Below are positions 1 through 11,569 of a DNA stretch of 64,000 nucleotides, piece after piece. Origin of the DNA: Carcharhinus longimanus (Eukaryota); the NCBI GenBank assembly GCA_030264375.1, contig JASCQW010000032.1, forward strand, positions 61,585,942-61,649,941, read 5' to 3'. Numbering within the stretch: the stretch's first letter is position 1; each line of letters starts with the position of its first letter. Made by a program: the position numbers and the translations under genes. The notes under the pieces are model-generated. The model did no database searches. It had not been told where the DNA came from and saw nothing but the letters and a program-made list of their open reading frames with translations.

Positions 1-350
1 TCTATAGTTCCCACTGCCTCGGCAAAGCAGCCAGCATAATTAAAGATCCCACGCACCACGGACATTCTCTCTTCCATCTTCTTCCATCGAGAAAACGATA
101 TAAAAGTCTGAGGTCACATACCAACCGACACAAGAACAACTTCTTCCCTGCTGCCATCAGACTTTTGAATGGACCTACCCTGCTTTAGATTGATCTTTCT
201 CCACATCCTAGCCATGACTGTAACATTAAGTTCTGCACTGTCTTATTTCCTTTTCTATGAACAGCATGCTTTGTCTATACAGCATGCAAGAAACAATACT
301 ATTTACTGTATGTTAATACATGTGACAATAATAAATCAAACCAAATCAAA
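1..350 (+). mobile_element. Rex1/Babar non-LTR retrotransposon, 3' end (RT C-terminus plus 3' UTR)
   Basis: Translates as YSSHCLGKAASIIKDPTHHGHSLFHLLPSRKRYKSLRSHTNRHKNNFFPAAIRLLN, the typical Rex1/Babar C-terminus. Ends in ...tacatgtgacaataataaatcaaaccaaatcaaa. Near-identical to 14550-15072. Confidence 0.85.
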
Positions 351-789
351 AAATGGCAGAAGAGTTGGAATGGGAAAGGGGATGGTGTGGGTGGAGATTG
401 ATACAGGAAAGTGTTCAGAGTTGGTCCTATTTATAGTGCACCCAATGGGAGTAACAACACCAAGTGACATGTGGATCAAGGAGCTGAGAGGGAGTTGGAG
501 ATCATCACTGCTGCCGCAGAGGGAGGAAAACAGTAAAGATATCTGGTTGAGAAAAAGAAAATGATGGTACTTGCGTGGCCAGTAAACAATGAAGAGGTGA
601 GGAGTTGGAATAAGGGACAAAAGAAAATGGTAAAGCTTTAGGTTTAGGAGAACAGCACAAAGACCTGAAAGATTAGATTCACTATGGTTTAAAATTGGAA
701 ACAGTCACTAAGAAGAAAATGGGACAGCAGATTTAATACTTAGCACACAGTGCAAATGCAAATAATAGTTAGGCTGCAGTTAGAATCAT

Positions 790-1270
790 GTGCCCTTGCA
801 TTATGAAAAATGTGAAGGCTATGCAGACATTCAGGTGATTCAGAGGTTGAGAGTTTTTAATTATGAAGAAATCAATTGAGGCTCGTTTTACGAGAATAAA
901 GGAAAACAAGGGATGATAGAGAGAGGTGTTTACAGCTATGAAGACTTTTGATTAATTAAATGAGAAAATAATATTTTGGCTGGCCAATACATCAGCAACC
1001 AAAAGACTATCAACATCACAAACGAACTTCCAAAGTGGTTGGGGGGAAGTTTTTACATGAATGGTGATGAAGATACAGAACGCCCTAATCAGTAATGGAA
1101 GGAGAATCCATAACATGGCTTTTAGAATGGGAAGTGGATAAATACTTCAAAGAAATATTTAAAAGGATATCTAAAAAGGCAGAGGAATAAGACTAAGTGG
1201 AAAAACTCCTACAGTGAACCAGCTAAGCAGGATGAGCTTAATAGCTTCTTTCTGCACTGTGCAATTTTAT
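790..1270 (+). mobile_element. Old, degenerate CR1-type LINE 3' fragment
   Basis: Decayed CR1 3' motifs (aattatgaagaa..., gggatgatagagagaggtgttta..., gtggataaatacttc) and tail tttctgcactgtgcaattttatgatt. Confidence 0.55.
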
Positions 1271-2595
1271 GATTTGATAATTCTAAATCCACCTTGACAT
1301 AATTACAGTAAAAAATTAAAATGAACCTAATAGATTAAGTTCTAAATCAAGTCCTCGCAAAATGAATAAAATTCATTTTTGTGGAAGCCATCAAAGGTTC
1401 TTACAAAAGCCATTAATTAACATTTCAACCTAGGAAAAGCATCCTCTAAATTTAGATTCTGAATCATTAAATACTTTAGCATTCAAGATCTACTGTTGAG
1501 AAGCTACAGTTCTATGCAGGATTATGTTGCCGAATCCATAATTGACATAAAGGAAGTTAGGAACTGGAATAGGCCACTCTGCCCTTTGAGCATGATATCC
1601 CATTTGTCCCTCAATTCATTGCTGCCTTCACTCCACATTTGTCTCCATGATTTTCCTCCCTGGTGGCATCGTTATAAAGGTGCAGATTATCGTCCTTGAC
1701 TCAGGTTCGCGGGAGATTTCCTGCCTTGTTGAATCAATTTTTAAACTGGCTGGCAGTAGGTCATCTTTTCAGCTGGGGATTGAGGGAGAGGAGTGGTGGA
1801 TTGAATTAGGAGTCGGGGCAGGAGAACTCAGAATTGGTGTGAAGGGTATGGCAGGAGTGTTGGATGCAAACCCTGCCTCTGCGTTCTTGCACTATTTACA
1901 TTTTTAAAAAGCAATAATATCAAAAACATCCCACCATCCCTCACCACTCTCACTCCTACACACTCCTTATTCCTCATCCATGCCAACCTATGTCAACACA
2001 TACCATCCACTCCTATATCCCCTCATAGCCCCTATGTCAACACATGCACCACCATCCACATCACCGCACCATCCCCCCCCCTCCCCCACTCATGGCCTTT
2101 CATAAATCTGATGCCAGCCTAGGTTCCTTTACCCGCCCTCCATGGTTCCTTATACCACCTAACCCCAGTCCAGACATCTCTACTCATACCCCATGCCCCC
2201 TATGGTAGTCCATGCCTGTCAATCCTACCCCCATAGGATTAACATTACATTACATTACTTACATTATTTTATGACAACTTAGGGCCAATTCATGCCACCC
2301 CATACCCCTCCACCCACATTTGCCCTTACCCCATCCATGTCGACTCACTAGTACCCTTTGAGACTTTCCTGACAGCTTGAGGCTTCCAGTGAACTTGTTC
2401 ATTTAAAAAATGCATCATGTTTAAGTCTAACAATCCTAAGAGTGCCTAACCTCTCCCAAAGAGCGCCTTTTCTATCCTAAAGATGCCCCAGAACCCTATC
2501 CAAAAGATTACCTTACTCCTCCAAAGGGATACCCTAGCTATCTAAAGGATCTGTCAAATTCAGTTCTCCCCTTGCCTCCTCTCACATTTCTGCAG

Positions 2596-3008
2596 CCTGG
2601 TATAAATCTGGTGAATTTACATTCAACCCCATCTAGAACTTATCCATCTTTTCTGTACTTTAGTGCTAAAACTGGAAGCATGTTTCCAGATGAAGTATGA
2701 CTAAGACTCTGTACAACTAAAACATCACTGTCCATTTTTGTTTTCCAATCCTCTTGAGAAATAATTTATCATGCCTTTTTGTTTTTTTTAAATTACTTTT
2801 TATACCAGGTACATAGCTTTTAGTGATTTGTCTTCTTGGAAGCCTCAGTGCCTTTGCTCTTCCACAGTTCCGAATATCTCCTCATTAAGAAAACTCTCTG
2901 ATTTGTTTACTGATATCCAATGTGGATATTATGCAAAATGTTGAAAGTAACATCCATCAGTGTTGATTTCAGTTGCTCACTGATACTCTGGATATGATAA
3001 TATCAATG
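2596..3008 (-). repeat. Old CR1 RT fragment, copy A of a ~415-bp local direct duplication
   Basis: Aligns end to end with 3954-4368 (cctggtataaatctgg... to ...tgatactctggRtatgataatRtcaa). Confidence 0.8.
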
Positions 3009-3248
3009 TCTGGCCCTGGTCTTCTCTATGCACTCCAGGATTTATGTAGCGAGTGTTCAAAAATCCCACTTCAGTGGAGATAGCTGGCAGTTTAATTGGC
3101 TAGCTCCATAACTCGCAGATGCACGAATCCTGGCCCAATTCCAGTTCCACTCCCACAAAGATGAAAAATGCAGGGTTCAGGGATGGGACTTCAAAATTCT
3201 GTCCATTCCCAGCACTTTGGAGAGGTTGTCTGTTGTGGCGAAAATCCA

Positions 3249-3585
3249 GGACGGCACGTTGGCACCGTGGTTAGCTTCTGCTGCCTCACAGCTCCAGGGA
3301 TCTGAATTCGATTCCCAGCTTGGGTCACTGTGTGTGGAGTTTGCACATTCTCCCTGTGACTGTGTGGGTTTTCTCCGGATGCTTTGGCTTCCTCCCACAG
3401 TCCAGAGATGTGTGGGTTGGGTGCATTGGCCATGCTAAATTTCCCCTTAGTGTGTCCCGGGATGTGCAGTTTAGTGTGATTAGTGGGGTAAATATGTGGG
3501 ATTATAGGGATAGGCCCTAGCTGGGATTGTTGTCGGTGAAGACTCGATGGGCCAAATGGCCTCCTCTGCACTGTAGGATTTCTAT
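3249..3585 (+). mobile_element. HE1-type V-SINE (tRNA head, CR1/HER1 tail)
   Basis: A box ggcaccgtggttagc, B box ttcgattcc, central tgtgtggagtttgcacattctcc...cctcccacagtcc, tail gatgggccaaatggcctcctctgcactgtaggatttcta. Confidence 0.9.
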
Positions 3586-3953
3586 AACTGCCTCTATTTT
3601 GGATGCCTCCATCAGAAGAAACATTTTCTCTCTATCTACCCCATAAAATCCCTTTATCATGGAAATTTGGATAATTGCAGGTAGCAGTAAATGAATGCTC
3701 ATCAATATGGAAGAACGGGAGGAGGCCATTTAACCCCTCACGCCTGTTCCACTACGAATGTGATCAGAGCTTTTATGTGACCTAACTCCACATACCTGCC
3801 TTTGACCCCTATTCCTAAATATCTTTGGTCACGAAAGGTCCGTCAATCTTAGATTTAAAATTAGCAGTTTAAAATCATTATCATTTTACAAACCGCGATT
3901 AGATTACCTCTCAACCTTTTAAATTCGAGGTAATATAGATCACATTTATGCGG

Positions 3954-4368
3954 CCTGGTATAAATCTGGAGAATTTACATTCGACCCCATCTAAAGCTAA
4001 TCTATCTTTTCTGTACTTTAGTGCCCAAATTTGAAAGCAGGTCTCCAGATGAGGTATGACCAAGACTCTGTACAACTAAAGCATCACGATTCATGTTTGT
4101 TTTCCAACCCTCTTGAGATAAAGTTTATCATGCCTTTTTGTTTTTTTTTTAAATTACTTTTTGTACCAGGTACACTAGGTTTTAGTGATTTGTCTTCATG
4201 GAAAGCTAAATCCCTTTGCTCTTCCACAGATCGTAATATCTCATCGTTAAGAAAACTGTCTGATTTGTTTACCAAGATCCAACTTGGATATTGTGCAAAA
4301 TGTTGAAAGTAACAACCATTAGTATTGATTTCAGTTACTCACTGATACTCTGGGTATGATAATGTCAA
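3954..4368 (-). repeat. Old CR1 RT fragment, copy B of the local direct duplication
   Basis: Minus strand reads LYRVLVIPHLETCFQIWALKYRKDRLALDGVECKFSRFIP (CR1 RT C-terminal motif). Shares private decay with 2596-3008. Confidence 0.8.
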
Positions 4369-5285
4369 CCACAATAAATTGTACCAGAACCATCTGATTA
4401 CTTCTGTTGCTAACTTTGCGGTTAAGTTGCGTTTTTACTATATTGTGCAAAAGATTATTCTTTTGATTGCTGATGCCAGCACAGTATCTGGCTATAATAC
4501 GCACCCCGATAAACGTGATTACGTATCTGGATGTGCACTGCTAAGGTAAGTCAATCGTTACATTGACCAATACGTTGTTCGTATATTAACATGCATTACC
4601 TGGAGGCATCAAGGGGACATGGGGTTCTGTGGTGTTAAAATGAGCAGGTATGGGAGCTATGAGAGCATGGAATGGATACAGAGTGTATGAGGGATCATGG
4701 GGGTGGGATTGAGGAATTTGAGGAAAGAGTGATCTTGGGAGCTGAACTGTTGTCCCTGAGAAAGAAGCCTTCTAAACAGCCTGCCTCTGCAATCACACTC
4801 CTCCCACACTCCTCCTGCACTGCACTGAGGCTGGCACACTGTACATGGAACCTTTGAAAATATGTGAATCCTAGGCAAAGTCAGTCATGACTCAGGTGTG
4901 CATTTGCGAGGTGGCGAGAGGCACAATTTACATTTTGCAAGAAGAAATCAGGGCCCAAATGTTTTATTAAATCATATCCACAAGATGGCAAGATATAATT
5001 CTTTCAAATTGAATGTCTACTGCTGCTGTGGTTTGATTCTTTATTTCTGTATTGGTTACTCAGAAAAGTTTAAAAACAATCCGTGTCAGTCCTGTATTCC
5101 TCTCCTGCACAGGATAAAGCAACCTCTTGTAAAGAGATAAGTGAGGAAAATCAAGGACTGTCACCATCATCAGTGTTTGCAAACATACGGTAAATAAACT
5201 TTAGTGATAGTGATAGCAGCTTGTTATGTCCCATACAAATTGAACAAATTGAATTAAATGACTTATTTAATTTCAGGGCAAAGCT

Positions 5286-5361
5286 TAGAACATAGAACAT
5301 AGAACACTACAGCACAAACAGGCCCTTCGGCCCACGAGTTGCGCCGATCACGTCAACACCT
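5286..5361 (-). mobile_element. CR1/HER1 LINE 3' tail, runs into gap
   Basis: (tagaaca)n terminal repeat followed by ctacagcacaaacaggcccttcggccc. Confidence 0.75.
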
Positions 5362-5742
5362 NNNNNNNNNNNNNNNNNNNNNNNNNNNNNNNNNNNNNNN
5401 NNNNNNNNNNNNNNNNNNNNNNNNNNNNNNNNNNNNNNNNNNNNNNNNNNNNNNNNNNNNNTCCAGTTTATTTGTCCAAGTAACTTCCTGACTTCTCCGT
5501 ATCTCCCCTTACCCCAGACAAACATCTTCCTAGCCTGCTTATATGAAATTAATATTTTGCTAATGTCAGGAAAGGCGATGTGTGGCCTGCCAACCAGGTG
5601 TCCAAATGAAACATTTAAAGAGAGCGTTTAAGGGCTTCACCTCACCTCTGCTGGCATCTTACCAGTAGCGTGTGGGTCCCAGCTTCTACGACACTGTTTG
5701 GTATAATGAACGGACCTAATTCCCGCAGCTCTGCAACATCAG

Positions 5743-6037
5743 TGTTATAATGTAACCGAAGGTAACATTGGAATCTGTAACAATGTAACCAATGGTAACA
5801 TGCTGTGAGAGTCAGCTGACCCAGTAGACAATGTAACCATTGGCAAAATGATGTGGTGGTCAGCTGATCCGGTGTAAATAGAAAGCATATGGGGATTGTC
5901 AGGAGCTTGTGTGGCCCAGGGTGTGGCCCGAGTGTTGTGTCATGAAGTTTCTTTATTAAACCTTTGCCTATGATTTATTTTGTGAAGTTAGTTCTTTTAT
6001 TGCTTGCAATTGAAGTATCCTTACTGCCGGATAAGCA
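5743..6037 (+). mobile_element. Solo LTR, probably Ty3/Gypsy
   Basis: TGTTAT...ATAAGCA ends, 4-bp TSD TCAG (5739-5742 and 6038-6041), internal repeats (aatgtaacc; gtcagctga), ATTAAA polyA-like signal near 5955. Confidence 0.7.
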
Positions 6038-6239
6038 TCAGTGCCACCTGTGGCATAAAGAATTAACAGATAGGATCTACTGATGAATGACAGAGATGAT
6101 GATATATCATTGACACCAGTCAGTCATGTGCTAGACTTAAGAGAGAAAGAAAGCGAGAAAGAGACGTTGGACTCATACCAAGGAGCTATATGCCTATTTT
6201 CCAGTACAAATGACCAAGTGTTAAACTGATACCAAAGTA

Positions 6240-6900
6240 TGGGCAAGATCTAATGGCCTTGTTTGCCATGGCCCAAATCCCATCATGGCTACTAAATCTC
6301 GCAAATGGGAGTTTGTGCTGGCGAAATCTCGGTTGGAAATCTTCCTCACCTCCCAGTAGTGACGGTTTATGCCCAGAAAGGGCCTGAACCTGATTTTCAT
6401 TAATTTGAATAGATTTAAACGTACTTAAATAGATTTATGTCATAGCATGCACCCATAATGGATCCTCACCCTGATGGCATGAGGTCAACACAGTAAGACG
6501 TCTCACAACAACAGGTTAAAGTCCATCAGGTTTATTTGATAGTAAACCCACAAGCTTTCGGGGTTTGCCCCTTTGTCAGGTGAGTGGAGAGTTCTGGCAT
6601 GAGGTCATGCCAGTGCTAATCACTACTAGTTTTCAAAAACTAAGATTAGTCGTGATGACCACAGCAGGTGCATGAAGGTACCTGCAGGNNNNGCAGGCCT
6701 TGGGAGTTCAGGGCCAAGACTGGGCATTGCCCCTTGGCACCCTGGCAGTGCCAAGTGGGGTGGGGGGGGTTTACCACAAAGCTCATGAATGTGGCCCTCC
6801 ATGTCTTTGCGAGAGGTTTAAGGGAACTATTTTAAATGCAGATCAGGGCAGCTATGAAAGGTGGCTTGAGAGAGAGAGATGTTACAAAGAGTAAGCCAAA
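6240..6900. mobile_element. GC-rich non-autonomous DNA-transposon relic (Harbinger-type), host of a Penelope-like insert
   Basis: Starts gggcaagatct, resembling the GGGC(G/A)(G/A)ATT ends seen throughout the window. Internal ggcactgcc/gtgcc motifs are shared with other copies. Confidence 0.4.
6488..6594 (-). mobile_element. Short Penelope-like (pLTR) insertion with minimal hammerhead motif
   Basis: 13-bp TSD TGGCATGAGGTCA (6475-6487 and 6595-6607). Minus strand CAC-CTGACAA-A-GGGG-CAAA-CCCC-GAAA-GCT-T-GTG, then caaataaacctgatggactttaacc. Confidence 0.75.
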
Positions 6901-7124
6901 ATGCAGTAATGGCTATTTTCTGTTCAACCTCTGGACTCATTACTCATTTTCTACTGTTGGTCTCATCAAAGTAAGCAAGACCTTACCTTTCTGAGTACCA
7001 AACCTGAGCAAAATATGAAGGAAAAGCACCAAACAAATAACATTAGACTTTGTAGCAATCTGTTCAGTTTATCTCCTTCAGCATCCAGAATACTTGAATT
7101 ATACACATGAGGTCCAAATGTTGT

Positions 7125-7298
7125 GTGATTTCAAGAAAAAATTTGATACAGCTCTTGGGGCTAAGGGGATCAAGGGATAGGGGTGAAAGCAGGATCAGGA
7201 TATTGAATCTGATGATCAACCATAATCAAAATGAATGATGGAGCAGGCTCGAAGGGCTAAAAGGCCTACTCCTGCTTCTAGCTTCTATGTTTCTCTAT
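7125..7298 (+). mobile_element. CR1/HER1 LINE 3' tail
   Basis: ttcaagaaaaaatttgatacagctctt...ggagcaggctcgaagggc...ggcctactcctgcttctagcttctatgtttct. Confidence 0.8.
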
Positions 7299-7597
7299 CA
7301 GGTCTGAAAATTCTTTTTCTCCAGGATAAACAATCCTGGGCTCTTTAGCCTCTCCTATTAGGCTGGATGTGTTAAGCTATTAATCCTGTTGCCCTACTAT
7401 TACATTGCCTCCAATGTTTGGGTATCATTAGTGCAGTATACCAGCCAGCATTGTGCACGCCAGTTCCATTTCTTTGCCTCCTAAGATATGTGCTCTTTTC
7501 CTTAGTTATATATTTCATGGACTGTTTCACTGTCTTTAGTTGAGCCATACACTGTGATTGTGGTTTCAATGAACTATCACCAAAATTTCACAAGGAT

Positions 7598-7720
7598 AAA
7601 GGCAAAATACTGCATATACTGGAATCTGAAACAAAAACATAAAGTGTTGGAAAAACATTGGCTCTATTCTCTCTCCACACATAGACCTGCTGAGTTTTAC
7701 CAGTATTTTCTGATTTTGAC
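7598..7720. mobile_element. Penelope-like inverted terminal fragment (second family)
   Basis: gcaaaatactgc...ggaatctgaaacaaaaaca facing gacctgctgagttttaccagtattttctg. Related pieces near 43830 and 56840. Confidence 0.5.
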
Positions 7721-8014
7721 CAAAATCTCACCCCATTGGCTGTGTAAAGTTGTTTCACACTGTCTGGGTTATAGTTCTACTTACTTTATTTTGCTTAATG
7801 CCTTGCAAGTGTCCACATAAATGTCATCTTCTACCTCCCCAAACTATATAGGTGGTTGCTTTGTGTTTGGTTCATCTATTCCCTATAACTTAAAGGCATT
7901 TTTTCTCAGTTTCCTGTCATATGTAAATGGAGTTTTGAAGTTGTTGCTGTTTAGAGTGTGTATTCCCAAGCCTTTTCTCAATAAATGAGTGTATTCAGAA
8001 GCGACGTGAAAGAA

Positions 8015-8305
8015 GCTTCATAGAATTGTGAAGGGATTAAATAGGTTAGACGTGTTTATCATTGTGAGGAAGTCTAAAATTAGAGGCCTAGAATCTAATA
8101 ATAATAGTCATCAATAAATCAAACAAAGGATTCAGGAGAACCTACTTTACTTTGAGTGGTGAGAATGTGGAACTCACTGCCACACAGAGTGGCTGAGGTG
8201 AGTAGTTCAGGTGTACTTAAGGAGTACATGAGGGAGAAAATAATAAAAGGATGTGTGAGTAAGTGGGGTGAATTAAATGGAATGAGGAAGCTCAAGTGGA
8301 ACATA
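8015..8305 (+). mobile_element. CR1 LINE 3' fragment
   Basis: Frame reads VVRMWNSLPHRVAE (CR1 ORF2 terminal WNxLP motif). Confidence 0.7.
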
Positions 8306-8412
8306 GAGGTGCAATCTCATCACTTACCTACCTACCCCCTTCCAGTCTATCATTTGATTGGGTGGGGGCAGAACTTTGGAGATGGGAAAATCCCTAGGTC
8401 GTACCAACGATG

Positions 8413-8693
8413 ATAGAATCCCTACAGTGCAGAAGGAGGCCATTCAGTGCATTGAAGCTGCACTGACAACAATCCCACCCAGACCCGTCCCCTTAACTCC
8501 ACATTCCCCTGACAGTAATTTGACATGGCCAATCAGCCTAACCCACATATCTTTGAACTGTGGGAGGAAACCAGAGCACCCAGAGGAAACCCACACAGAC
8601 ATAGGGAGAAAGTGCAAACTCCAGACAGACAGTTGCCCAAGGCTGGAATTGAACGCTGATCCCTGCTGCTGTGATAACCACTGTGCCACCATG
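8413..8693 (-). mobile_element. HE1-type V-SINE
   Basis: atagaatccctacagtgcagaaggaggcc...tgtgggaggaaaccagagcacc...ggaattgaac...ctgtgccacc. Confidence 0.9.
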
Positions 8694-9619
8694 GTGTGTG
8701 TGTGTGTGTNNNNNNNCGGTGCGGTAGGCATTGGTGGGTAAGGGGTCGTGCAGCCCACCTGCCTTTAAGTCTTTTGAGATCAATAAATGGACAATTAACT
8801 GAGACTTAAGGGCCTCATTCTGCCTCCACCACAATTTTTCAGTCCGCAGGGGTTAGCAGGGCATGGCAAACAGTCCAGCACCTTTCACTACATGGGTTGC
8901 TGCTGGATAGGAATGGGAAAACATCCGCTATGGTGTTCCCTGTGCCCATTGGGAACATGCCATCTCCCTTCTCCCAAGACGTTACCCCTCCTTGACCTGC
9001 CTTCACTTCTCTAACTCACTAACCTTTTCCTGCACCCCTTCTCCCATATGCCCCCGCATTGCTGGGGACCCCTGCCATACCTGCTCAAAATCCCCAAACT
9101 TATTTAAAGCCCAACATCCATCTCTACTTCTTTCTTGGGACTGGGACTACTTGAAGTCCCAGGACTGGCCATGATTCTTTTCTGGCGCTGCTGAGACTAC
9201 GCCACTGCAGGCCAGATTGGCCGGCAGCTCTTGAGTAGAGTACTTCCTGTCACTGATGGCTAGAAGTCCCACTGTTATCCATTTAAGGCCTTCCCCTGCA
9301 TACTACTGCCGTAGGGAAGAGAGATCCATCTTGTTAGCAGATACCAACTGACTTTTGGTTCAGAGTAAACCACCTCCCCTAAAAAGCAGTTAGACCAAAA
9401 GACCTGCTTCTGTGCTGAAATTTATATCCAAATGATTTGGAGTGCAGATGGGGGGTTGGGGGAACTTTGTGTTACCCTGTGAACAATCTCTTGCTATGTC
9501 AATGCAGCTCAGTTCATAATCACACACTAGTTGCTGTAGGTTAACCGATTTTCAGTTAATCCCAGGTGCTTATGGGCTTTTCTATGCCTTGCTAACTTGT
9601 GAAGTAATCACTTGTACAA

Positions 9620-9737
9620 CAAATTATCAAAGCCTTGCTGACACTTAACACCATCTAGGGCAAAGCAGCCCATTTGATCAGCTTCCCCTCTATCACCTTA
9701 ATCATTTACTCCCTCATCCACCAATGCACAGTTGCGG
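9620..9737 (+). mobile_element. Family-B CR1-superfamily LINE fragment
   Basis: acaccatctagggcaaagcagcccatttgatc...tactccctcatccaccaatgcacagt, homologous to the 27455, 44630 and 57815 fragments. Confidence 0.55.
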
Positions 9738-10095
9738 TAGGAACATAGGAAATAGAAGCAGGGGTATGTCATTCCACCTTTCAAGTCTGCTCCACCATTC
9801 AATTTGATTATGGCTGATCATCAATTTAATATTCTGATCCCGCCTTTCCTTTATATCCTTTGATCTCTTTAGCTCCAAGAGGTTCATCTAATTTCTTCTT
9901 AAAATCACGCAATGTTGTGGCCTCAACTATTTACTGTAGCAGTAAATTCCACAGGTTCACCACTCTAGGTGAAGATATTTCTCCTCAACTCAATCCTAAA
10001 AATCCCTTAGCCTCAGACTATGACGCCTAAGTCTGGACTTCCCCACTATCAGGAATATACTTTCTGAATTTACCCTGTCTAATCATTTTAGAATT
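9738..10095 (-). mobile_element. CR1 LINE 3' fragment
   Basis: taggaacataggaaatagaagcaggg tail; gtaaattccacaggttcaccactct reads RVVNLWN on the minus strand. Confidence 0.8.
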
Positions 10096-10845
10096 TAGAA
10101 CATAGGGCATAAAACAGTACAGTATAGTACAGGCCCTTTGGCCCTCAATGTTGTGCTGAGCTATGTCCAAACCCAGGATCAAGCTATCCCACTCCCTATA
10201 ATTCTGGTGTGCTCCATGTGCTATCCAATAACTGCTCGAAAGTTCCTAAAGTGTCCGACTCCACTATCATAGCAGGCAGTGTATTCTACACCCCAACCAC
10301 TCTCTGAGGGGAGAATCTACCTCGGACATCCCTCTTATAGCTCCCACCATGATCCCTATAGTTATGCCCCCTAGTAACAACTACATCCACCCGAGGAAAT
10401 AATCTCTGCACATCCACTCTATCTATTCTCCTCATCATCTTATAAACATCTAGTAAGTCGCCTCTCATCCTCCTCCTCTCTAAAATGAAAAGCCCCAGCT
10501 CCCTCAACCTTTCCTCATAAGAACTACCCTCCAAACCAGGCAGCATCCTAGTAAATCTCCTCTGCATCCTCTCCAATGCTTCCACATCCTTCTTATAGTG
10601 AGGTGACCAGAACTGGACACAATATTCCAAATGTGGTCTCACCAAGGTCCTGTACAGTTGCAGTATAACCCCACAACTCTTAAACTCAAACCCCCTGTTA
10701 ATTAACACTAACACACTATAAACCTTCTTCACAGCTCTTGAGTGGTAACCTTCAGAGATCTGTGGATAAGAACCCCAAGATCTCTCTGTTCCTCCACATT
10801 CCTCAGAATCCTGCCGTTGACTCTGTAATCCGTGTTCAAAACTGT
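10096..10845 (-). mobile_element. CR1/HER1 LINE, 5'-truncated (RT C-terminus and tail)
   Basis: ORF 10286-10939 contains LYRTLVRPHLEYCVQFWSPHYKKDVEALERMQRRFTRMLPGLEGSSYEERLRELGLF...RRMRGDL. Tail tagaacatag. Confidence 0.95.
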
Positions 10846-11066
10846 CAACGTTGAGAACTCTCAGACCTACTACCCTCCCCCAGCCACGCGAATTGTACGC
10901 CATATATTGGCCACCATGACTCAATGACCGTGACTCCATGACAAGTGCAGGAAAACAGGATTAGCGTGCCTTTAGTAATAGCTATTGTCAGTGCAGACTC
11001 GATGGACCAAAGGGCCTGTTCTGCGCTGGACAACTCTGTGAGCTCTGGTTGGTTATGCCAGATTCT

Positions 11067-11115
11067 GCTACAAATAAACCTGTTGGACTTTAAGCTGGTG
11101 TTGTGAGACTTCTTT
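11067..11115 (+). mobile_element. Penelope-like pLTR fragment
   Basis: caaataaacctgttggactttaagctggtgttgtgagacttc, same family as 30808 and 52506. Confidence 0.65.
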
Positions 11116-11569
11116 CGGTCATGACAGTGGGACAGGGGCATATCCAGGGGTGGCAGCGATGGAAGCATTTGAGACGCTATCTAGAACAGCTCTCCCGACT
11201 CTGGCCCGTGCCCAGTCTTACTGATGTTTGACAGAAGGATTTTGCAACCTTTAATTCGTCCCACTCAGCTGTTCTTTTCCCTGCAACATCTTTTCTCTCC
11301 CCACTCCAAGTATTTAACCTGTCCCGATGTGAAGGTTATTATTAAATCTCCAAGCACCAGCCTTTTAGGCGCGTGTTTCACATCATAACATGTTTACATT
11401 GAGAGGCGTTTTCCACCCGTAGAAATCGACACTGCATCCACATGGTGATTTTAGTGAGGGTGGACAGGAAGTGGGGAACAAAAGGCAGACAGAGTGTGGG
11501 TGGGATTGGCATTCTTTCACACATCGTCGTAGCAAGTGGAGGAGGAAGAGGGAGAGACTCCAAATATAA

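Noticed and set aside
3177-3571. Recurring peptides such as VWSLHILPV..WVSSGCSGFLPQSKD and CGRKPEHPEETH in many ORFs, suggesting a gene family
   Set aside because: They are translations of the HE1 SINE body in different frames.
10286-10939. Longest clean ORF (217 aa) as a host gene
   Set aside because: It is a truncated CR1 reverse-transcriptase C-terminus fused by chance to upstream sequence.
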